Assembly (NCBI GenBank): GCA_965208835.1
Contig: OZ242358.1
Location: 416,001-480,000, forward strand
From: Candidatus Latescibacterota bacterium
Lineage (GTDB): Bacteria > Latescibacterota > UBA2968 > GCA-2709665
DNA length: 64,000 nt
Direction of reading: 5' to 3'
Shown: positions 58,901-64,000 of the stretch, piece after piece
Layout of the letters: each line of letters begins with the position of its first letter
Position numbering within the stretch: position 1 is the stretch's first letter
The notes under the pieces: model-generated
Database searches by the model: none
The model's input: the letters and a program-made list of their open reading frames with translations, nothing else
What the model was told of the DNA's origin: nothing
Translations under genes and position numbers: made by a program

Positions 58901-60301
58901 GTGATTCTGTGGGATGTCACGGCGCAATCGCAGGTCGCCACGCTGGACCCCCCTGGTGTACGGTATGCCCAGTCGGTGGTGTTTTCCCCAGATGGGGCCG
59001 TCCTGTTTACGGGGTTGGGGGTGGGGGGTAGCGGTGCGATTCTCGTCTGGGATGTGGAAACAGGGAGTCAGATTGGCTTGATTGGAGGACATGAGCATGT
59101 GAGGGGCGGTGTCAACTCGATGGCGGTTTCACCGGACGGCGCCACTCTCGCCTCCGCCTCCTCACAAGGGATATTGCTGCGGGATCTGGAGACGGAAAGT
59201 TCCGTCACGCTCTACGGGCATGTGCAAATCAACGCGATTGCGCTCTCCAACGACGGCAACATCCTCGCCACGGCATTGGCAAACAGCCAGGTCGATCTTT
59301 GGAACACATCAACCAGGTCGAGGATCGCCACGCTCTCGTGGAATGCCAGCTTGGGCACGCCGCATAGTTTTTGGTCTGTTGCGATTTCCCCCGACGGCGG
59401 TACCCTGGCTGCCGGGTCGCTTTACCGGCTCCATCTGTGGGACCTTGAGACGCGAAGGGAGATTGCCACGCTCAAGAAGCATCCTGGTTGGATCCCATCG
59501 GTGGCGTTTTCGCGGGACGGTGCGCTGTTGGCGACTGGGGGTGGGCATATACCTGATGGGGGGCAGGATCGAACGATCAGGTTGTGGGACGTGATCTCGC
59601 GGACCGAGGTCGGTATGCTGGAAGGACACACGAATGATGTGATGTCCCTGTCGTTTTCGCCAAATGGGAGTACGCTGGCCAGCGGCAGTCGTGACAATAC
59701 GGCGCGGTTGTGGGACGTGGCCTCGCGAACGGAGATTGCCACGCTGGCCGGACACGGGTCCGCTGTGCGTGCGGTGTCGTTTTCGCCGGGCGGCTCTACT
59801 CTTGCATCCGGGGCAGAGGACCACACGATCAAGCTGTGGGAAGTGGGGACCCGGTCCCTTATCGGTACGATGGATAATCGGGGTTCTGTCTATTCGGTGG
59901 CGTTCTCACCTGATGGGGAGACCTTCGTTTCGGGGTCAAGGGGTTCGGTCCGGTTGTGGGACGTGGAAACCCGGAACCAGATCACCACCCTGGACGGACA
60001 TTCGAGTGAGGTCCATTCCGTCGCGTTCTCGCCGGATGGAAGAACCCTGATCAGCGGCAGCGACGACGGCACGATGCTGCTGTGGGACGTCGCGCAGTAC
60101 CTCACACCTTCAATAGCCAATCCGGACTTCGACGGCGACGGGACCGTGGGCTTCGGAGATTTCGTGCAGTTTGCCGGAAAGTTCGGATCGAAAAGAGGGG
60201 ATGCCGGGTACGAGGTGCGCTTCGATCTGGACGGCAACGGCGCGATCGGGTTCAGTGATTTTCTCATCTTCGCCGGCGCTTTCGGCAAGCGCTTGAACTG
60301 A
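55943..60301 (+). CDS. Secreted metzincin-like peptidase + WD40 + Ig + WD40 + dockerin-like
   Basis: Signal peptide; HEIGHAFGLLH with YVMS Met-turn; paralogous to 51104-55714; dockerin-like tail. Start at 55943 or 55949. Confidence 0.88.
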   Translation: MQMNIRIDFLIKSCLAMLCFIVVGSASSHPPENVHYLEPFDYEQWRRDHPLPAAKRSDDLNVGEPRTVRMIYFLPNDRSFRQEVVGSMKTEIKRVQTFYAEQMEAHGYGARTFRVESDSDGQPLVHQVDGQHPDSHYYRNTLSLVDGELAPTFDLATNVYVIVVDNSSGKIGVSPHEEPWSIGRARRVGKVGGAVYITGEFRSTHVALIGHEIGHAFGLLHDNSNFDYVMSQGPGQTRLSACHAEFLAVHPYFNAAIPIEQASPPTITVTSPLKYPPGSTKVPIRVEVGDSDGVHQVSLLYTSWDLYACVGVKGEENAVVEFDFSGSTYARVTNSLHEDPTQPLTIIAVDTRGNTGHHRFQLVRDSPEQIATLEGHTRAANSVAFSPDGATLASVSDDGTLKLWDVATRTGVATLEGHTGAVNSVAFSPDGATLASGSDGGTLKLWDVATRTGVATLEGHTGAVNSVAFSPDGATLASGSDDGTLKLWDVAAIQEKHTLTGHAASVSSVAFSSDGNTLASASGDGTVRLWDVASRTEVVTLEGDTRGMTSIAFSPDGTMLAAGSRGSTIMLWDVASRVRIANLEYQCGGWQSVAFSPGGAILAGAAGNSAVYLWDVRARERIATLTGQTGSVLEAVFSSDGATLAAGSRDNTVNLWDTSLWTRPRPFALEIVSGDRQQGTPGLALAQPLVVLVKDQHGNPLSNASVTFIVTGGDGRLSGRYTSQRAVSDASGLAAIALTLGPRPGTYTVGVFVGSVEDASFQAEGVETGVTSLVGNYVGWYLPEGAAARLGRGTMGSSDRAVSLTPDGRTLAVASSIGVWLYEAETSRALALLSTTRPAHSVSFSPDGTLAAGLADGSVELWGVESGARIATLRHSDRGRVTVVFSPDGTRLASGSDDGTLKLWDVSARTGVATLEGHTGAVNSVAFSPDGVTLASGSDDGTLKLWDMATQAEVATLRGHTKGVSSMAYSPKGDRLASAGRYGDGTVILWDVTAQSQVATLDPPGVRYAQSVVFSPDGAVLFTGLGVGGSGAILVWDVETGSQIGLIGGHEHVRGGVNSMAVSPDGATLASASSQGILLRDLETESSVTLYGHVQINAIALSNDGNILATALANSQVDLWNTSTRSRIATLSWNASLGTPHSFWSVAISPDGGTLAAGSLYRLHLWDLETRREIATLKKHPGWIPSVAFSRDGALLATGGGHIPDGGQDRTIRLWDVISRTEVGMLEGHTNDVMSLSFSPNGSTLASGSRDNTARLWDVASRTEIATLAGHGSAVRAVSFSPGGSTLASGAEDHTIKLWEVGTRSLIGTMDNRGSVYSVAFSPDGETFVSGSRGSVRLWDVETRNQITTLDGHSSEVHSVAFSPDGRTLISGSDDGTMLLWDVAQYLTPSIANPDFDGDGTVGFGDFVQFAGKFGSKRGDAGYEVRFDLDGNGAIGFSDFLIFAGAFGKRLN
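57050..57415 (+). repeat. Near-identical intragenic 126-bp WD40 repeat units (x3)
   Basis: ATLEGHTGAVNSVAFSPDGATLASGSD.GTLKLWDVA repeated with almost identical DNA; a further copy at about 58615-58790. Confidence 0.92.
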
Positions 60302-60352
60302 TCGTTGAACTTAACAACCGACAGCCTGTGGCAGTTAGTGGATTTTCCGCGC
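60302..60352 (+). repeat. Conserved 3' flank shared with 46493-46542
   Basis: Direct repeat continuing from the dockerin-like coding tail into non-coding DNA. Confidence 0.7.
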
Positions 60353-60423
60353 TCGGATTCGGAATCACACCCTGGACAGTTCCGGACCTCCTGGCTGATC
60401 CCTCCCGGCGTTTATTCAACCCG

Positions 60424-60966
60424 CTATACCGCCCTGTAGAACAGCCTGAGCGTATTGTCGCCACCGAACAGAATATCCAGAAGCGCCTGTATATCCGGGT
60501 CAACCTCGTCCGTACCTCCGGACTGCCGGATCAGGTTCAGGTATCGCTCCTTGTTCACGATGAGCGTCAGGTCGGCGCCGTCCACAGAGTACTGGCATTG
60601 GATGGTATATCCATCCTCGGCGACAATCGTAAGCACGTCGCCCTGAACCGACCAGACGCCGGAACTTCCGGAATTATCTTCGAAGGTCCCGTCCGCGTTG
60701 AACCGCAGCACCGACAACCCGGTATGCCGGAACCCTGCTTCCATCTCGTTCCGGAATCCATCCACCATCCGCTGCGCGGACGCCAGATTCCAGCCCTGCC
60801 CCAGCAGGTAATCCCGCAGGTTGGCCGCCGCGGTCGAAGCGAAATCGGTGCCCCTGTACGTCCACGAGCCGACAAGGTCGCGGACCGGTTCCGTGGGTTT
60901 GTCTTCACCGCAGGATATCGCAAGACCGAACAACACCGCCAGGCCGAAAACCGACCGCCGGCTCAT
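60424..60966 (-). CDS. Lipoprotein, lipocalin-like beta-barrel, paralogue 1
   Basis: Lipobox AISC, LVGSW motif, F..DGT....G.W...GD.LT; highly similar to 61041-61583. Confidence 0.8.
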   Translation of the reverse strand: MSRRSVFGLAVLFGLAISCGEDKPTEPVRDLVGSWTYRGTDFASTAAANLRDYLLGQGWNLASAQRMVDGFRNEMEAGFRHTGLSVLRFNADGTFEDNSGSSGVWSVQGDVLTIVAEDGYTIQCQYSVDGADLTLIVNKERYLNLIRQSGGTDEVDPDIQALLDILFGGDNTLRLFYRAV

Positions 60967-61040
60967 CAGGACGCCCTCCGTCTTTGTCGCCACCTGAGCT
61001 TCGCGCATCCATCAGTCAGGCGCGAGCGTATTCCCATGGG

Positions 61041-61583
61041 TCATCTGGCCCTGTAGAAGAGTCTCAGGGAGTCGCCGTCGCCGAACAGGATATCGAGAAG
61101 CGCCAGCGAATCCGTGTCGAGCTCGGCCGCGCCCTCCGTCTGCCTGATAATGTTAAGATATCGTTCCTTGGTCAGGATGAGCGTCAGGTCTTCGCCGTCT
61201 ATAAAGTACTGGCACTGAATGGTAAACCCGTCTTCCTCCACCATCGTGAGTACGTCGCCCAGGACCGACCACACGCCCGAATTGCCTGAATTATCTTCGT
61301 AGGTCCGGTCCTCATTGAATCGCACGATTTCCAGGCCGGTCTCGCGGAAGCCTCTATCCATCTCGTTCCTGAATTCTGCGACGAACTGCTGCGCGGCCGC
61401 TGCGTCCACCCCCTGACTCAGCAGGTAATCCTGCAGGTTGGTCGCCGCGGTCGAACTGAAATCGGTTCCCTGGTACGTCCATGATCCCACCAGATCTTGA
61501 CCCGGCGCCGTTGGTTTGTCGTCACCACACGATATCGCAAATACCGCAATGACCGCCAGAGCGAAAACCGTCAGCCTGTTCAT
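61041..61583 (-). CDS. Lipoprotein, lipocalin-like beta-barrel, paralogue 2
   Basis: Lipobox AISC, DLVGSWTY.GTDF; tandem duplicate; GGAGGGAGG RBS. Confidence 0.8.
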   Translation of the reverse strand: MNRLTVFALAVIAVFAISCGDDKPTAPGQDLVGSWTYQGTDFSSTAATNLQDYLLSQGVDAAAAQQFVAEFRNEMDRGFRETGLEIVRFNEDRTYEDNSGNSGVWSVLGDVLTMVEEDGFTIQCQYFIDGEDLTLILTKERYLNIIRQTEGAAELDTDSLALLDILFGDGDSLRLFYRAR

Positions 61584-61678
61584 CGTTATGCCCTCCCTCC
61601 GTTGAATGGTAGATTCGTTGTTGTTTCAGGGTAAGTCGCTGACGCGCCGAGGGAAACGTTTCTGTATGTCCGACTGGA

Positions 61679-63313
61679 TCAGAAGAGCGAGAACTCGATC
61701 TCCTTGGCCGTGATGAACTCCAGCAGCACCGGAACCCCCTCCTCCGTCTTCCTGATTCCCCGCTCGATTGCCGGGACGATATCGTCGGGCGATTCGACGC
61801 GCTCTCCGTAGCCTCCAAACGCTTTGGCCATGTCCGCGTAGTGCCCGGAAATATCCGTGCTGCGGTATTTTTCCGTGGACACCGGCATTATCGGCAACTC
61901 GATTGCCATGCTGAAATTGTTGAAGAGTACCGACAGGATCGGGATCCGCTCCCGTACGGCCGTCTCGAAGTCCATTCCCGTAAAGCCGATGGCGGCATCG
62001 CCCCACACGTTGATACACAGCTTTTCCGGGCAGGCGAGCTTGGCGCCCATCGCCAGGCCAAGCCCGTAACCGAGCTGTGTGGTTTTGCCCCAGCCGATGT
62101 AGGAAAGCGGCGTATGGGATTCCCAGAAGGGTGAGAGTTGATCACGGGGGCTGCCGGCGTCGTGGGTGATGATCGTATTGGGCACGTCCACGGTTTGCAT
62201 CAGGTCCCGGATCACCCGATACGGTGAGAGGGGCGCCTCGTTCAGCGTCAGCTTGGGCATCCACTGAGACAGCCATTCGCGCTTCACAGACGCAATTTCC
62301 TTCGCTACAGGATCCGCACGACCCCGCGTCTGTCCGTCCAGGCGCGCACGAACCTCCTCCGCCAGGGCCTCCAGGGTGAGATTCGCATCGCCCACCAGGG
62401 CGTGTTCGACTTCCACGTCCTTGTTGATATCCCCCGGGTCCAGCGTGGCGTGGATCACGCGCTTCCCCTCGGGCATGGCTACCCCGAAATTGGTGCGCGT
62501 AAAACTGCATCCGATCCCGAAGATTAGGTCCGCCTTCTGAAGAAAGTGGTGCACGGTTCCGGGAATGGACCTGCCGCCGGAACCCAGGGACAGTCTGTGG
62601 TTTTCCGGAAAAGCGCTTTTCCCGCCCAGGCTCGTGGTGACCGGCGCTTCGAGGAGTTCCGCCAGGTCCCGCAGGGCATCCCAGGCCTCGGCATAGTGCA
62701 CGCCCTGTCCGGCGTAGATAACGGGTCGCTCGGCTTCCAGGAGCACGATTGCCGCCTTCTCGACCTCGCGCGGGTCCGGACCGGTTTTCAACGATGGCAC
62801 GGGACGGTAGTCGAAAGGACCGGCAATCTCCTCGTCGAACACGTCGCCCGGAAACTCCACCAGCACCGGGCGCGGGCGTCCGTTGCGCACCTGCGTAAAT
62901 GCCCGCCGCATCACTTCAGGCACAGTTTCCGAGAGGATAACCTGCTCGGAGTGCTTGGTGACGTGCCGGTAATTCAGCGCCGAGTTGAAATTCGGCTGCA
63001 CATTGGTCAGCGTTCTATTATATCCCAGCGGCAGCACCAGGATGGGCGCCGAATCCCCGTACGCCTGCGCGACGCCGCCAAAAGCATTCTCCGACCCGGG
63101 GCCGCTCTGCATGCAGAAGACACCGATCTGCCTGCCCGACGTCATGCGGCTCAGCGCGTCGGCCATATGCAGGCCGATACGTTCCTGCCGGACGAGAATG
63201 GGCCGGATGTCCACCTTCGCCGCGGCCTCGATGAGAGGATTTACAGGATAGGCGAACAGGTACTCCACGCCCTCCGCCTTCATGATTTGGGCTACCACAT
63301 CTGATACGTTCAT
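61679..63313 (-). CDS. Thiamine pyrophosphate-requiring enzyme (acetolactate synthase-like superfamily)
   Basis: RQER...HMADA.SR, GPG..N, GRP.PV..E.P.D, LGYGLG.AMGA, GDAA...NN ThDP-binding motif. Confidence 0.9.
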   Translation of the reverse strand: MNVSDVVAQIMKAEGVEYLFAYPVNPLIEAAAKVDIRPILVRQERIGLHMADALSRMTSGRQIGVFCMQSGPGSENAFGGVAQAYGDSAPILVLPLGYNRTLTNVQPNFNSALNYRHVTKHSEQVILSETVPEVMRRAFTQVRNGRPRPVLVEFPGDVFDEEIAGPFDYRPVPSLKTGPDPREVEKAAIVLLEAERPVIYAGQGVHYAEAWDALRDLAELLEAPVTTSLGGKSAFPENHRLSLGSGGRSIPGTVHHFLQKADLIFGIGCSFTRTNFGVAMPEGKRVIHATLDPGDINKDVEVEHALVGDANLTLEALAEEVRARLDGQTRGRADPVAKEIASVKREWLSQWMPKLTLNEAPLSPYRVIRDLMQTVDVPNTIITHDAGSPRDQLSPFWESHTPLSYIGWGKTTQLGYGLGLAMGAKLACPEKLCINVWGDAAIGFTGMDFETAVRERIPILSVLFNNFSMAIELPIMPVSTEKYRSTDISGHYADMAKAFGGYGERVESPDDIVPAIERGIRKTEEGVPVLLEFITAKEIEFSLF

Positions 63314-63382
63314 GAATATCTCCTCACTGTTACGTTTTTTACGATAGAACCTGCACCGTTTATTCTCTATTGCTTAGAATCG

Positions 63383-63530
63383 GATAGAGGGAAAAAGGAA
63401 GAAGGAAGAACGAAAAAGGAAGAGATCGCCTGCGTTGTAATGTTCCAACTCAGGCCGGAGGCAAAAAGGAGGACCCTGTAGGGCAAGGATTTCTTCTACC
63501 GTCTACCGTCTCACGTCTTCCCGCTCTTCC
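63383..63530. repeat. Repeat family A, copy 9 (divergent)
   Basis: GAAGGAA-type heptamer arm, GCCGGAGGC core, GGGCAAGGATTTCTTCTACCGTCTACCGTC arm. Confidence 0.7.
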
Positions 63531-63541
63531 GGAAACGAGTA

Positions 63542-64000
63542 TTATCGAATCTCTCCCCGAAACGCGTGAGCGCCATCCTCCCATTCCCCTCCGACCGGCC
63601 GCTGTTGGCCGCCGCCCGTGACGCCCCGCTCGCGTCCGTCCTTTTCGGGGTCCACGTAGGTCGCGAACCAGTCTTCCAACATTCCACTCATCTCCGCAAC
63701 CCGCGATGCATGAAGGGCTTCACCAATCCGATTCTCGCGTTCATCCGGATCGTTCACCAGGTCGAAGAGTTCGCTCGGCCCGTCCGGGTACCGGTGGATA
63801 TATTTCCATTCCGCGGTCCGGACCATTCTGGTGGGGCCGTATTCGTCGTAAATTATCACGGAATCCCGACCGGAGTTCCCGGAGCCAAGCAACGCGGGCA
63901 GGAAACTCTCGCCCGGCAGATTCCGTCCTACGGGAAGCGGCAGGTCCAGGTACTCAAGCAGCGTGGGCATGAAGTCATACGCGCTCACCATCGCGGGCTG
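63542..64000 (-). CDS. Sulfatase, C-terminal part (5' end outside window)
   Basis: VS.YD.MPTLL, PG.SF.P.L, RMVRT..WKY, ELFDL..DP.E..N. Confidence 0.85.
   Translation of the reverse strand, partial: QPAMVSAYDFMPTLLEYLDLPLPVGRNLPGESFLPALLGSGNSGRDSVIIYDEYGPTRMVRTAEWKYIHRYPDGPSELFDLVNDPDERENRIGEALHASRVAEMSGMLEDWFATYVDPEKDGRERGVTGGGQQRPVGGEWEDGAHAFRGEIR

Noticed and set aside
42710-60352. Diversity-generating retroelement or shufflon acting on the repeated C-termini
   Set aside because: No reverse transcriptase or recombinase in the window, no non-coding template repeat, and differences between tails are not adenine-specific by eye.

Overview
GC-rich bacterial chromosomal window with no rRNA, tRNA, CRISPR array or intact transposase. 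Its content (WD40/LRR proteins with dockerin-like tails, two PhyH dioxygenases, heparinase-like and sulfatase genes, an orphan sterol reductase) suggests a marine or sponge-associated lineage such as Latescibacterota/Gemmatimonadota; this is inference. Layout: (1) 0.2-18.9 kb mixed metabolic and redox genes: NCS2 permease, esterase, ERG4/ERG24-type sterol reductase, two SRPBCC genes, bcp, katG, a PLP trans-sulfuration enzyme, a PQQ-like propeller, RidA, two PhyH and a peroxiredoxin-like gene with an in-frame UGA at the catalytic Cys (probable selenoprotein missed by the ORF track). (2) 18.9-37.1 kb minus-strand cluster of large putative glycan-degrading enzymes, including two ~800-aa paralogues of unknown family. 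(3) 37.7-40.1 kb His-rich leader peptide and attenuator ahead of methyltransferase-hisI-hisG. (4) 42.7-60.3 kb, the main candidate system: five tandem secreted modular proteins that all carry the same dockerin-like double EF-hand module, with exchangeable N-terminal zinc peptidases (one M60-like, two metzincin-like) on a shared Ig-WD40 chassis, plus a cohesin-like/dockerin-like/LRR protein. (5) 60.4-64 kb paralogous lipoproteins, a ThDP enzyme and a partial sulfatase. Intergenic DNA holds at least six small repeat or MITE families, including a heptamer-armed hairpin element (9 copies) and a TA-flanked MITE that brackets bcp and katG. All product calls rest on motif recognition by eye; no database search was run.
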